In this document: positions 35,853 through 48,191 of the stretch, piece by piece
How positions within the stretch are numbered: position 1 is the first letter of the stretch
Layout of the letters: each line of letters opens with the position of its first letter
Assembly: GCA_043228905.1 (NCBI GenBank)
Contig: JBHGNT010000001.1
Location: forward strand, 7,874,001 to 7,938,000
Direction: 5' to 3'
DNA length: 64,000 nucleotides
DNA from: Azolla caroliniana
Lineage: Eukaryota > Plantae > Polypodiophyta
Program-made: the position numbers and the translations under genes
Notes under the pieces: model-generated
What the model saw: only the letters and a program-made list of their open reading frames with translations
Databases searched by the model: none
What the model was told of the DNA's origin: nothing

Positions 35853-36115
35853 AAAGCTCTCTGTAAGTTTACTCCGGCCATCGTTTTCTACGTTCTATAG
35901 CTCGTTGGAAAGCTCTTTGAGAGAGCTTTCTAAAGAATGTTCATTTACTGAATTCCGTTACCGTGGCGAGAAGTTATGAGCATTTTCATCCGCAGCCATC
36001 TTTGCCCCACGGTTCCTCAAACGGAAGGTAGATTTTGAAGCCCTAAATTGAGTGAAAGGTACATTCTCTCTCCTTCCCTCTTTGTCTCTCTTTTCCCGTA
36101 CGGTTTGTCCCTACA

Positions 36116-36985
36116 ATGGCAAATACTCGTAAAACCACCGCAAAGTTTGGGGGTATGATTGATAATGAGCCGAGATCACCAACAAATCTCGATTCTAATG
36201 CAATGGACAAAATGCTTATGAGTCACTTGATTTCTCTTCAAGAAACCATAAACAAGCAAGGTGAAGAGATTAGGATGTTAATGAAAGAGAATACTAAGCT
36301 CCAAAGTGTTGCCATTGAGAATGAAAGTCTTAAACAAGTGGTTGCAAAACTTCAAGAAGAGATTCAAGAATGTAAAAGAGCTTCATTTGAAACAAATGAG
36401 CGCCTTAACAAGATTGAGTTAAAGGAAGCATTAAAAGAAGAAAAATTGGATACAATGAGGCGGGATGTAAGTGAGATGAAAAATGTATGTACAACGAAGT
36501 CATGGGCCGATGTATGTGGTGGGGATGTGTTATCAAACTCATCTAATATGCATGTGATGCATCAAGAGAAGAATATAGAAAGCATAGATGTCCGAGAATT
36601 GAAAGAACGCGAACGACGATCAAAGAACATTGTCGTCCGTGGGATTAAAGAAGAGAGTATGGAAACACCCGCATCCCTTGGAAAGGCCATTGGTGAATTT
36701 TTTAGCATGCATTATGGGATGTCAGATGTGAATGTATATGGGGCACACCGAGTTGGGAAACATGGTGTTACTCGCTCCGGAGAAAGGCCTATTGTATGCA
36801 CAATGACAGATGATACAAAGCGGCGGATCATACTCGAAAATAGTTGGGTATACCTCAAAGGTACACAATGCTTTGTGAGTGAAGATCGTACTATCTCACA
36901 ACAAAATGCTCGTCGTAAAGCATATGAAGAAAGATTGAAAAACAAGGTTAAGGATGTGCCTAAAGATGGAAATGTAGGCAAATAG
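36116..36985 (+). CDS. LINE ORF1 (coiled coil plus L1-type RRM-like region)
   Basis: Heptad-rich N-half; RERRSKNIVVRGIKE, AHRVG, RPIV and VSEDRT motifs. Confidence 0.85.
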   Translation: MANTRKTTAKFGGMIDNEPRSPTNLDSNAMDKMLMSHLISLQETINKQGEEIRMLMKENTKLQSVAIENESLKQVVAKLQEEIQECKRASFETNERLNKIELKEALKEEKLDTMRRDVSEMKNVCTTKSWADVCGGDVLSNSSNMHVMHQEKNIESIDVRELKERERRSKNIVVRGIKEESMETPASLGKAIGEFFSMHYGMSDVNVYGAHRVGKHGVTRSGERPIVCTMTDDTKRRIILENSWVYLKGTQCFVSEDRTISQQNARRKAYEERLKNKVKDVPKDGNVGK

Positions 36986-36991
36986 GGACAC

Positions 36992-39900
36992 GTGATCTAT
37001 GAGACTAACCCACGCCTTTTACGACTATGCTTTTGGAATTGCAATGGATACCCATGGAATGCGGGATTTGGCATAGAGGAGTTCACCAATGACTCGGATA
37101 TCACACTTCTTGTTGAAACATGGGAGCATGATACTCAAAGGATTCAAGGTTTAGGAAACTATAATGTACACTCTTTGATATGGAAGAAAAATCCAAGACA
37201 AAGAAGAGGACAAGGAGGGGTGGCATGTTTGATTAAGAAGGAAACAGAGAAATATGTGTCAATCATAAAAAATGATGAAAATAAATGCTACATATGGCTC
37301 AAAATAGAAACACCTAATGATTTGCCCACTTTTGTTGTTGGATGTTACATTCCTCATCAAGATTCTAACTTTTATGCTTGTTTGGATAAAGATCAACCGT
37401 TTGCCAATCTAGAAGATGATATTACTTATTTCAAATCCAAAGGGGAAGTTATTGTCTTTGGTGACATGAATGCTCGTACAAGAAGTTTCCAACTTGATTC
37501 ACAAGAATCTTTCATGCCACATATCTCAAGGATGCAAGAGGATATGCAAATGTATAACCGCTCTTCTAACGATGAAAAAGATCCGGACCAATTTGGGAAG
37601 TTACTCCTACAAATGTGCAATAGTACCGGATTGCTTATTGCAAATGGTATTTCCTTATGGCCCAACACTAATGGTTTTACATGTAGAAAATACAACGGAA
37701 ATAGTGTGATTGATTATGTGCTACTTTCCGAAGGTATTTTGGATCGTATACATAAATTCTCACTTGGTGAATGGACACCGGAATCAGATCATAGGCCTTT
37801 ATGTATTGATCTCAAATGTATGCATAGGTTTGATTGTGAGAAGGCTATTGAAGATAATAAACAACCGCACTTGAGCATGAACCTTAAGCGAGCACCCATG
37901 TATTCCAAGATGGTTGAGGATATGTTACAAATGACAAAGATACAACATGGTGCCACACTAGAATGCAAATGGGAAGCTTTCAAGAAAGTCATTCTCTCAT
38001 GTACAAACAAATGTTTTTCGACCAACCGCACATCTTGGAAATGCACCAAGAAACTTAGGAAAAAATGGTTTGATAAAGAATGTCGTGAAGCTCGAAAGTG
38101 CCTTATGGTTTTGGATGTAGTCAAGGATAAAGAGAATTACCAAAAGCATTTGCATGAGTATAAAAGGCTTATTCAAAGAAAGAGAAGAATATGGGAAGTT
38201 ACTCAACAATTTATCCAAACGCAAGAGAAAGCACATGCATGTGCTAAATTTTGGGGAAATCTAAAGGGAAAACGTGTTGAGAGTTATGGTGACTTAACTC
38301 TTCACGACTTGTCTATGCATTGTAAGAATTTATATGAGTTATCTCTTGCCGGAAAGATGATGTGTTATGGTTCTCTTTCACATATGCCTTCCTTCTTTAC
38401 AATTGAAGATATATGCATAGGACTTAAGAAATTGGCCTCTCGAAAGGCAAGCGATCTTCAATGTATAAAGGCTGAAATGCTCAAATGGACGGGAAAGGAA
38501 GCACATATATGGATAAGCGATATGTTTAATGATGCATTGCAACATGGTATGTCGTACGATTGGACTACAAATTGGATCAAACCTTTACATAAAGGTGGAG
38601 ATATAAATAATGTAAACAACTATCGAACCATCATGGTTGGCTCATTAATGGCAAAACTATTTGGATGTATAATGGAATCAAAGATAAGTGTATGGGCTGA
38701 AAAAAGTGGTAAGAGAGCTTATGGACAAGCTGGCTTTCGGAAACACCATAGCACCATTGATCACCTTATCACCCTTCGAGTATTAATGGAGGAAAGTCGC
38801 CTTAGAGGTAAAGGTTTATATTGTTGCTTTGTAGACTTCAAGAAAGCTTTTGATATGGTACCTCGTGAGCATCTTTGGAGGCGAATGGAAGAACTTGAGG
38901 TGCCAAGTGAATATATGCTTGCAATTTCCCGAATTTATGAGAAGGTTATATGTTGTGTGCGCATGAGAGATAAACTTTCAGATTTTTTCAAAAGCACTAT
39001 TGGTGTTAAGCAAGGATGCCCACTCTCACCAACACTATTTGGTCTATGCATTGATGAATTGGAAGAAATGGTTACCAAGTTTGCAAAGGAAGAATGTGTT
39101 GAAGAAGTTGCCATTGGGAATGTTGTGATTATGCTTTTGCTATATGCAGATGACGTAGTGCTTTTTGCAAATACTTTAGGAGATGCACAAAAGCTTATGA
39201 AGGCATTGGAAAAATTTTGCATGCATACTAAATTAAGTGTCAATAGCTCTAAAACAAAGATTATGCTTGTGAAGAGCCAAAAAAGAGATAAACCATGCAT
39301 TATGTACAACAATGAGCCACTTGAATGTGTGGAAAGCTTCAAATATCTTGGCCTTGAAGTTCCTTCAAATCATAGATGGAATGAATGTGCTACACGCCGC
39401 TTAGAGGCGAGCAAACGAGCATACTATGCATTTGAGAACACATGCAATCTTGGAGATATTAAGTGTTGGGTCCTCAAGAAATATCTTTTTGACACTTTGG
39501 TGACACCAGTTCTTCTCTATGGGGTGGAAGTATGGGGCGGTAGCATCCCTAAGTCTATGTGGAAAGAGTTTGAAAATGTCCAAAAGCATTTTCTTACCAA
39601 GTTTCTACAAGTTAAGAAACAAACGCCCTACACCCTCCTCCTCCTTGAGACGGGATCGCTTCCCATTGAGATCATGGCCATGGAAAGGGTTGTTGAATAC
39701 ATGCTTAAGGTTCAAAAAAGTCCCTCACATCGACTTCCTAGAATTGCGTGGGAAGCAAGCAAAAAGATCCAAAAGACGCATAAAAGCAAAATTTTGTGTT
39801 CCGGTTGGATGCAAGATACAGAAAAATGGTTTGGTAGATGGGATGCGAGACACTTGCTTCATGATGCATCATTAGATTCCTCTGTAAATGAGGCATTTTT

Positions 39901-40366
39901 GCAATGCCAATGTATCATGACATGGGACAAATGTGGAGGCTCACGCTTCACACATTATACTACACATGTTGCACCTAACTACAAAACCATATTCTTTGGG
40001 GAACGGGGAAATCGTACACATCCATACATGTTAGAGCCCATACCGTTATCTGCCATTCGAACCATTGCTTCCATGCGACTTAGCTCACATGCATTGCGAT
40101 GTGAAACAGGGCGTTGGGGTACAAGTGATGAGAGTGGTCGGCTATGCACACTTTGCCCTAAACAAGTTCGCGAGTCTGAGTATCACACTTTGATACAATG
40201 CTCTGCCTTTGACCATATTCGACCATGCTTTCCACATCTCTTCGATCGAGCCCAATCTTTGCATGAATTCCTCTCACAACCACAATGTGCACTCTCGATT
40301 ACAACATTCATTGGTAAAGTTCTTGAACATCGAGAGTCACTACTCACTTTCACACGTATCACGTGA
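36992..40366 (+). CDS. LINE ORF2: AP endonuclease, reverse transcriptase, C-terminal CCHC
   Basis: WNCNG; VETW; GDMNAR; SVIDY; SDHRP; NYRTI; QAGFRK; FVDFKKAFD; GVKQGCPLSP; YADD; LSSHALRCETGRW; CTLC..H....C; GTG start 6 nt after the ORF1 stop. Confidence 0.93.
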   Translation: MIYETNPRLLRLCFWNCNGYPWNAGFGIEEFTNDSDITLLVETWEHDTQRIQGLGNYNVHSLIWKKNPRQRRGQGGVACLIKKETEKYVSIIKNDENKCYIWLKIETPNDLPTFVVGCYIPHQDSNFYACLDKDQPFANLEDDITYFKSKGEVIVFGDMNARTRSFQLDSQESFMPHISRMQEDMQMYNRSSNDEKDPDQFGKLLLQMCNSTGLLIANGISLWPNTNGFTCRKYNGNSVIDYVLLSEGILDRIHKFSLGEWTPESDHRPLCIDLKCMHRFDCEKAIEDNKQPHLSMNLKRAPMYSKMVEDMLQMTKIQHGATLECKWEAFKKVILSCTNKCFSTNRTSWKCTKKLRKKWFDKECREARKCLMVLDVVKDKENYQKHLHEYKRLIQRKRRIWEVTQQFIQTQEKAHACAKFWGNLKGKRVESYGDLTLHDLSMHCKNLYELSLAGKMMCYGSLSHMPSFFTIEDICIGLKKLASRKASDLQCIKAEMLKWTGKEAHIWISDMFNDALQHGMSYDWTTNWIKPLHKGGDINNVNNYRTIMVGSLMAKLFGCIMESKISVWAEKSGKRAYGQAGFRKHHSTIDHLITLRVLMEESRLRGKGLYCCFVDFKKAFDMVPREHLWRRMEELEVPSEYMLAISRIYEKVICCVRMRDKLSDFFKSTIGVKQGCPLSPTLFGLCIDELEEMVTKFAKEECVEEVAIGNVVIMLLLYADDVVLFANTLGDAQKLMKALEKFCMHTKLSVNSSKTKIMLVKSQKRDKPCIMYNNEPLECVESFKYLGLEVPSNHRWNECATRRLEASKRAYYAFENTCNLGDIKCWVLKKYLFDTLVTPVLLYGVEVWGGSIPKSMWKEFENVQKHFLTKFLQVKKQTPYTLLLLETGSLPIEIMAMERVVEYMLKVQKSPSHRLPRIAWEASKKIQKTHKSKILCSGWMQDTEKWFGRWDARHLLHDASLDSSVNEAFLQCQCIMTWDKCGGSRFTHYTTHVAPNYKTIFFGERGNRTHPYMLEPIPLSAIRTIASMRLSSHALRCETGRWGTSDESGRLCTLCPKQVRESEYHTLIQCSAFDHIRPCFPHLFDRAQSLHEFLSQPQCALSITTFIGKVLEHRESLLTFTRIT

Positions 40367-40676
40367 AATGTAATATTTTTGGTCTCATAGGTCATATTTG
40401 ATCTCCGAAGACGATAATATAATCTATCTATCTATCTATCTATCTATCTCTCTATGTACAATCTTCTTGATCTTGCTAGGTTGCCTACGTACATTCTATT
40501 CCTCTTGTATGCTTATATATCAATTTTGATGATGTTCATCATATAGTGTTGCTTCCGATAGCACCCTTGACGACCATATACAACATCTAGTTGCATGCGA
40601 AGTGGAAGGAACAACATCGTGGAGCACAACAGCTTGGATTGATCTCTCGGTGGATAGTTGGATGGACACCTTCAAT

Positions 40677-41024
40677 CATTGTTGTAAAATACTTAGCATA
40701 AAATACACGTACAATACGTAATCTACAAGTATTCTAACTTTATTTTTTTAAATACTTAGAATACGTATTTTATAGATAAAGTACGTTAAATACTTAGAAT
40801 ACGTGTAGAATACTTGTAAAATACATTAAATACTTCTTAAAATTCAAAGAGTTTTTTTTTCAAAAAAAAGAAAATATTTTTTGAAATGATAAATACTTGT
40901 TAAATACGTAGAATACGTCAAAGTTTTAAAAACGGCAATTCTAAAACGTAGAATACGTGTAGAATACGTGTAGAATACTTCAAACGTTCTCTAAACGTAG
41001 AATACACGTTTTTTAACAACTATG
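40677..41024. mobile_element. hAT-type MITE (348 bp)
   Basis: 8-bp TSD CCTTCAAT; imperfect TIR CAT(T/A)GTTGT; many AGAATACGT-like subterminal repeats. Confidence 0.85.
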
Positions 41025-41600
41025 CCTTCAATGCAAACAGTTCCAGGTGCTATGAATGCATAAGAGGTATTTAACTTGTCAAGACCCGATTTGAGAGAGG
41101 CTTGAAGAACGCATCCCCTTGGTTCCGATTTTGATCACAGGTTGCATGTTGCCTAAAGGTCTTCCAAGATCTGGTACGCCCCCATAGGAATTGATCATGG
41201 ATAAATGGTTCACAATTATTAGCTACCTATGAAGGCAATTGGACGAGTTTTGTAGCCACTCCAACGACGTGGTCACTGCTCATTTGCGCTTTTGGCAGAA
41301 ATGGCAAAACACGACGATAATGACACAAGGAGGAAATGGCCCGAGCTGGAACTACCCACGCTAACTGTTTCTTACTCACCTCCCACCCTCCCTTCGTTGT
41401 AGGCCATAGGATCTGGCTCGTACTAGCTGGTGATGAAGGGCACTAGTTTACAGCTATAGGTACCTACTTACATTAAGTTGTCAGTTTGAAAGGATATGTA
41501 AGTAGTTTCATATTCTCGAACTCGGTCGGAGGGTGATTCCCTCATTTATGTATAACCCACCTTGTGTAGTCTTTTTGTAATAATCTCTCCTAACTAAAAA

Positions 41601-42358
41601 AAACACTATTCTTCAAAAATTTATTGCCTTGGCCCTTCATTCATCTTGAATTTAAAATATTTCGACTCTTGCACATTTCTACTTTTTAATAATTCATCAT
41701 TCTCATAAAAAAATATTTGCCTCCCCTCTTACATTCTTCTTGATTAATTAATGCACATGAAACCTCGCGAAAATGATTGCATGAGACCTATAACCATTCT
41801 TTTTGTAAAAGATCCCAATGATTATCAGTGTAGATTGGACAAAAGTAATTTGCAACAAATGATCACCTGGTGTAGCTTTCATATGATTTAGCCTTGTCAT
41901 AAATTGATCACGTGAGCATTTTCCATATCAAAATATGTTTCATTGTACATTGGACCCATATGTAGGCGGTGCTCATGTGAATGACATCGATATTAATAAA
42001 AGTAATCAATCCATTTTCATTAACAGCCTTTCTAATGAAATATTTTCTGTAAAAGGCATTAATAGAAATCTATTACTATAAAATGGGAAATTGAGATGCT
42101 ATCCAATGCAAAAAATATTTGCATGTGCTTCATGAAATTTATTACTCAACATATTAAGCTCATCAAGCACGTAAGCAAAAAAAAAAATCAAATGTTAGAA
42201 CATATAATCAATCAATATTAATGTGAACTATTTGATATATTTTAGCTATTGAAAATCAATTTCAAATTTCAAATTATAATGAAGATTTCATTTAGCTATG
42301 CTCTAGTTGTCAAAGATAGAAGCCAAGAACAATATTGCATTTGAAAAGGAATTTATGC
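41601..42358. repeat. ~750-bp dispersed direct repeat, copy of 57607-58340 (part of a hAT relic)
   Basis: Colinear high similarity between the two segments. Confidence 0.85.
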
Positions 42359-42860
42359 AATAGGGTTAAACATCATTTTTTGATTAACCTTAACCCATCT
42401 TAATACAAGATGTTAAGGACCAAAAATAGATTGTTAAAGCCTAAGTCAAGGTCATTAGGGTGAGATTAAGATTTAATGTAGAGGTTGAAATGATAAGGGT
42501 TGGTACTCACTGTTACATATTTGCACATGTAATTATTTGTGTATGGTATTTTGCATTCGTAACTGACCATCTCATTAAGAGACATGACGTATAAAGAAAG
42601 TCATGGGAACCCCACACTCATTTATAAGGGGTTTGGTTCCACATTCACTTGTGGGGTCATTGTACCAAAATAAACCAAAGTTGAGCAAAAAGAATTATTA
42701 ATGAGAAGTGTGAATATACATACATACAAACAATATATATACACACACATGTGCATGGATAACACAAAACCCAACACCTATACCTTGCACCGTATTACTC
42801 AATACCAATACCGATACTAAAACCAACCTAACCCATACCTTGCACCCTATTGCTCAATAC

Positions 42861-43618
42861 TATAAAGAGTCGGGTAAGATTCTTGTGTAGCGGAAGAGAT
42901 GTGTGTTATGTGTATGTGTGAGAGCTCAATACTCCCACGATGCAAAGTTGTTGCGATCTAGCTTCTCGCCAGGGAGAGCGCTCCCCATTTGAGTATTCAT
43001 TGTCGATTAAGCTTCCTTTCTTCTTTTCCTTCTCTCTCGAACACAAGCTATGTAGTGGTACTACGATAGCGATGAGCCGGTTCTTCTTGAACGTCGGCGT
43101 AGAGCACAACACACGATCACGATGAGGCGAGTGGGCTAGATTGAGCTACCAAATCGCTCTGATACCATGTAAAGAATCGGGTATGATTCTTGTGTAGCGG
43201 AAGAGATGCGTGTTATGTGTATGTGTGAGAGGAATTAGAGGAGAGATGAAAGAACACAAGATAGATAGAAAAAGGAATACTCAAGAAGAAGGTGTTTATT
43301 TCACAAGTAGAATAAGAATTACAAAATGTAAAATAATAAGGAGTCACAACCGACTTAGTATAAAGTATGAGGACAGTGCTTTATATAGAGTCACCCTCTC
43401 TCTTCATTAACTTACAACAACCACTCTCTCTCTTGGGGAATGTGAAGACTCATAGTCATGGGGAATATGTAACTCATTAGTTATGTGTAATAGAATATGA
43501 TTCTATGACACATAGTTAATGTGTAGAGAGTAGTGGTGTGACTCTTGACCTTTGAGTAATCATGGATTCTCAAAAGGTGTGTTCACACGTTGCACTATGT
43601 TGAGCTTGATTCTCAACA
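42861..43618 (-). mobile_element. Internally deleted copia (5' LTR, Met PBS, gag start, stub of 3' LTR)
   Basis: TSD AATAC on both sides; LTR 43168-43618; GCTCTGATACCA at 43156-43167; gag MGSALPGEKLDRNNFASWEY; LTR stub 42861-42924. Confidence 0.88.
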
Positions 43619-43675
43619 AATACCGATACCGATACCAACGCCAACCTAACACCCATACCTTGCACCATATTGCTC

Positions 43676-43752
43676 AATACAAATACAAATACAAATACAA
43701 ATACAAATACAAATACAAATACAAATACAAATACAAATACCAATACCAATAC
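43676..43752. repeat. (AAATAC)n hexamer repeat
   Basis: About 12 tandem units upstream of the terpene synthase. Confidence 0.95.
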
Positions 43753-43774
43753 CACATCAACACCAACACAAGTT

Positions 43775-45051
43775 ATGGCGATCATCGATGCTAACACTGA
43801 GATAAGCCCCTACACAAAAGGTTTAAATATTGGCTCCAATTTCACGATATTGCGCTCGATGCAATGTTTGTTCCCCATCAAACTACAATCGTCAATCCAA
43901 CTAAAAGTTTATAGTAAGTTGCCACCAATGGTGTGCGTGCTTGGGTCCACAAATTCGCACCCACACCACCCCCACACCACAAGAGTGTGAAGGGGGAGCA
44001 CAACAACCCATGGAGCAAAGATACTGATTTCATACTACCGCCAATGCAATGCTCGTTCCCTGTGAAATTGCATCCACAATACGAAACGATGAAGGAGGAG
44101 TGCGAACCATGGATGCTTAACTTGGTCGAGTCCAAGCACAGGCAGTTCCTACTAGACTACCTCCTCTCGCGCTACATTTGTCGGCTGTGCCCGGACACGT
44201 CCGACCTTCCGTGCCTCGTGACCAGCACCAAATTCATCACATGGCTCACGCTCGCAGACGACATTGTAGATGCGGCACAACCTGTCAAGGACAAGGACTA
44301 CATGGGGGGTTGTGGCTCCTCTCAGTCTGCTACTGACTGGTGGGCTCATTCTGTGCTCCTCAAATTACAGGAGTTGACGGATCGAAGCACCGTAGTAACG
44401 CCTCCCGCTCCCGCCTCACTTAGTGATCTTCAAATGCAGCAGAGCCTGGCCATGCTACATGCGTTGGGGGATTTGTGGAAGGAGAGGTCTTCCTAGCTCC
44501 TCCCACATGCACAGACGCGCTTTATATCGACAATGCAAGCCCACCTAGAAGCTTTGTCCCACCAGTCCAGGAACAATCCAGCCGGAGCCAATCTTAGTGT
44601 GGTAGAATATATGGCCATCCGTCGTCCATGCTCGGGCTTCATCTTAGGGTTCGAGCTACTTCTCTATGTGTTGGATCTCGAAGACGACCCCATCCATCTC
44701 CACCCGCTCGTGCACGATCTCCATGACCTCGTCGTGGACTACACGTGCATGTGCAATGACATAGTGTCGTTTCGCATGGACACCTCGGTCAGAGACTTCT
44801 TCAACCTACCATGTATCGTGTACCGGAGCGGCATAGCCAACACATTCCAAGAGGCATTGGACATTGTGGCAGAAATGATGGTGCAAGTCGATGCTCGTTG
44901 CGTGCAAGTGGTGGATGCCATCCGGCGGAATGAGGAGCTGATGGCCATGGAGCCGAAGCTTGAGATGTACTTGGTGACAATGGTGTCATGTATGTCCGGC
45001 ACGCTCCGTTGGTCATTCGAAACATGTCGTTATGGCCTCAAACAAGAGTGA
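43775..45051 (+). pseudogene. Microbial terpene synthase-like (MTPSL) class I terpene synthase, intronless, one in-frame TAG
   Basis: ADDIVD (DDxxD); IRR sensor; NDIVSFRMD (NSE/DTE-like); WSFETCRY; ORFs 43933..44496 and 44533..45051 are in the same frame across TAG 44494-44496; true start uncertain. Confidence 0.88.
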
Positions 45052-45989
45052 CACATGGACTCAAACACGAGGATGTCACTCAACTTACCCCCCCCCCCCC
45101 CACTTAATTTGTTCTAGGTTGGAATGTCTAAATAATTTATTTTGTTTATTTGTCAAGTTACAAGATAATTTAATTTTCAATACATATACACACTCACACA
45201 CACACACACACAACATCCCTCCTTTAGAGTTCTCCCTCGGATGTTGGTAATCTCATTACATCTAGTTTGTTTTCCATTGACGCAAAATTAGACTGCATTA
45301 ATTGGTGCTAAACATTGATTCAATATCACCTAAATTCATGAATCCATTTTCTTTAAGTACCTTTCTTGTGATAGATTTAGTATAAAATTAACTTACTAGA
45401 AACGTAAACGGTGTATACGTTGTATTTTGAAAGGGCAATGTACACGTGTGTGCACATACATAGATATGATGATCAAATATGGAAGGTACAATGTCACATT
45501 TATATATTGAGGCATATGGAACAAAACAAAAGTTGTTTTGGAACATGATAACTTTAGCTTCTACTGGTAAACAAAATGGTTCTTTTAGTCAATTGGTAAA
45601 CAAAATCATATATTCTAGATATATATGATAATAACACTCTCAAAATTTTATAAATGAAAGTAAATTTGTTCACTCTTTTCCATACTATACCCTTGTGTAT
45701 GTATACTTTAATTTGTACTTCTCTGTGTGATTGTGTGTAATTAAAGAGGTTTTTGTGTCATTTCTGTGTGTCGCTTGGAAGCACCTGTATTAATTGATGG
45801 AGTTCTCCCTCCTGTCGATGTCGTTTGCTTGGGGATATGATCAACGTATACCCTATTGGTGGCGAATTGGGCGGGGGTAGTACTAGATTGTAGTCATAGA
45901 TTGACATATTCAAATTTGTGGGGTAGGCCCCACCAATGTATACGAATACATATACTGTTATACAAATGCTTCTAAAAGTATTCGTTTTT

Positions 45990-46242
45990 TGAGAGTTAGA
46001 GTATCACAATTTGATAAAATGTGCAACATTTAACTGCATTCAAGCTTGCTTTTCACATATTTCCAACTTGGTTTACCAACTACACACATTCCTCCCAGGG
46101 TCTCATTGTGCACTCTTGATTATAATGTTTTTCATTAGCAAAATCGTTGAACATCAAGAGTCACCACTCGATCTCACACATACTACGTTAAGTATCACAC
46201 TTCTTCTCCTATAGGTCATATTTGACCTCCAAAGATGAAAGT

Positions 46243-46302
<60 letters not shown>
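45990..46302 (+). mobile_element. Old 3' fragment of the LINE family followed by (CT)n
   Basis: Homology to 40170-40420 (GAGTATCACA..., ATAGGTCATATTTGA); (CT)~28 at 46247-46302. Confidence 0.75.
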
Positions 46303-46304
<2 letters not shown>

Positions 46305-46725
46305 ACACACGCACAATACTTGGAAATGAATTTTGAATAATAAAAGAATAAGAATTTGAATCTATCTTCCACCCTCCCAATTCACTCTCTTAAATGTCCT
46401 ATTCATAACACTTTGTCAATGTTTTCCTAATTCCATTTCCGCAACAATATAGACCGGAGAAAGACTCAAATACCAAAGTAATATATTGAACTAGCATAAG
46501 TTGATTAAACATGTTCATCAACAAGGATCTTCATAATCAAAATGATGTCATCATTAAAGACTCTCCATACCCCATTACTTCAAATAGAGCCACTATATTT
46601 TATCTTACATCTAAAGCAATAAGAAAATGCTCTTTAATTGGATGAATTTATACCCTAGCAAGATGCTTTGCCTTTATTGTGCACCAAGAGATAATCAAGA
46701 AGTGAGTGCACATTCACAAATGAAT

Positions 46726-47462
46726 GAGAGAGAGATATAGATAGATAGATTATATTATCATCTTCGGAGGTCAAATATGACCTATGAGACCAATTATTAC
46801 ATTTCACGTGATACATGTGAAAGTGAGTAGTGACTCTTGATGTTCAAGAACTTTACCAATGATTGTTGCAATCAAGAGTGCACATTGTGGTTGTGAGAGA
46901 AATTCGTGCAAGGATTGGGCTTAGTAGAAGAGATGTGGAGAGCATGGTCGAATATGATCAAAGGCAGAGCATTGTATCAAAGTGTGATACTCAAACTCGC
47001 GAACTTGTTTAGGGAAAAGTGTGCATTGGCGACCACTGTCATCCCTTGTCCCCCAACACCTTGTCTTACATCGCAATGCATGTCAACTAAGTCACATGGA
47101 AGCAATGGTTCGAATGACAGATAACAAGATGGGCTCTAACATGTATCGATGTGTACAGTTTCCTTGTTCCGCAAAGAATATGGTTTTGTAGTTAGGTGCA
47201 ACATGTGTAGTATAATGTGTCAAGCAAGTGTCTCGCATCCCATCTACCAAACCATTTTTCTATATCTTGCATCCAACCGGAACACAAAATTTTGCTTTTA
47301 TGCATCTTTTGGATCTTTTTTCTTGCTTCCCATGAAATTCTAGGAAGTCGATGTGAGGGACTTTTCTTAACCTTAAGCATGTATTCAACAACCCTTTCCA
47401 TGGCCATGATCTCAATGGGAAGCGATCCCATCTCTAGAGAGAGAGAGAGAGAGAGAGAGAGA
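46726..47462 (-). mobile_element. 5'-truncated LINE copy with (GA)n on both sides
   Basis: Reverse-complement match to ~39645-40440; GSLPIEIMAMERVVEYMLKV; (AGAT)n tail. Confidence 0.9.
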
Positions 47463-48191
47463 TGTCCATGGGATATTGATTGTAATCCATGAGATGGGCT
47501 AGCCCATGGCGAAGATTAATATTGGGTTCTCTCAAATGTTACGACTTTGATGCTATAGCATATACTATAAACCACGAAGACAACAACAAGAGAGAGAGAG
47601 AGAGAGAGAGAACATAAATTGATGCCTACGTTGATGGATTGCATGCCATCAAATTGTATTTATATTGTTTTTATATGTGATTCTTGTGATTTAGGTCATT
47701 AATTTATATATTTCATTACCATGGAATGAAAGAGGTTGAGGTGGTTAGTGTCAAATTTTAGGAGGCCTTGAGGTAGCTAATTCAAAAACCATGGTGGATA
47801 ATGGCATGTAGTATAAATGAATTGATATAAGTTGTGCCAAAGATGCATGAAAGACGTCATTTAAACTATTGTAACCTTGTTCTAGTGTCCTAAGGTAAGT
47901 CTATCATAATAAGAGAGAGAGAGAGAGACCTTCCACCATGGTATTGATTCGAACTCTCCAAAGCTTACGAGATACATTTATTGGTCTTCTATAGCCTATT
48001 GGATAGTGTTGCAACATTTTCTTCAATTATGGGGAAGTACTTGTTCTTTGACATGTAATGTTCTGACACTTATAGTTTTCACCGCTTTAGGTTTTACTCA
48101 CTTGTATGTTTTTATTGTCAATTGCATAACATAGAGTTAGCACATTGTTTGCAAATTATGACTTCCTACAGATGTATTTCTCGTAATAATA

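Larger units (their letters stand above)
35850..40449 (+). mobile_element. Apparently full-length intact LINE (APE-RT-CCHC; RTEX/Crack-like)
   Basis: Two intact ORFs; short 3' UTR; (ATCT)n tail at 40422-40449; inserted in (CT)n. Confidence 0.92.

Noticed and set aside
40750-41010. CRISPR-like short repeats (AGAATACGT)
   Set aside because: Irregular subterminal repeats of a hAT MITE; no unique spacers or cas genes.
40461-41500. Possible degenerate coding sequence hosting the MITE
   Set aside because: No motif could be assigned with confidence by eye.
43552-43990. (YK)n, (NT)n and (VF)n repeat ORFs
   Set aside because: Translations of the (AAATAC)n microsatellite.
44494-44502. Stop-codon readthrough or U-to-C editing rescuing the terpene synthase
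   Set aside because: Context TAG-CTC-CTC is not the UAG-CAR-YYA readthrough signal, and U-to-C editing is organellar; a nonsense mutation is simpler.
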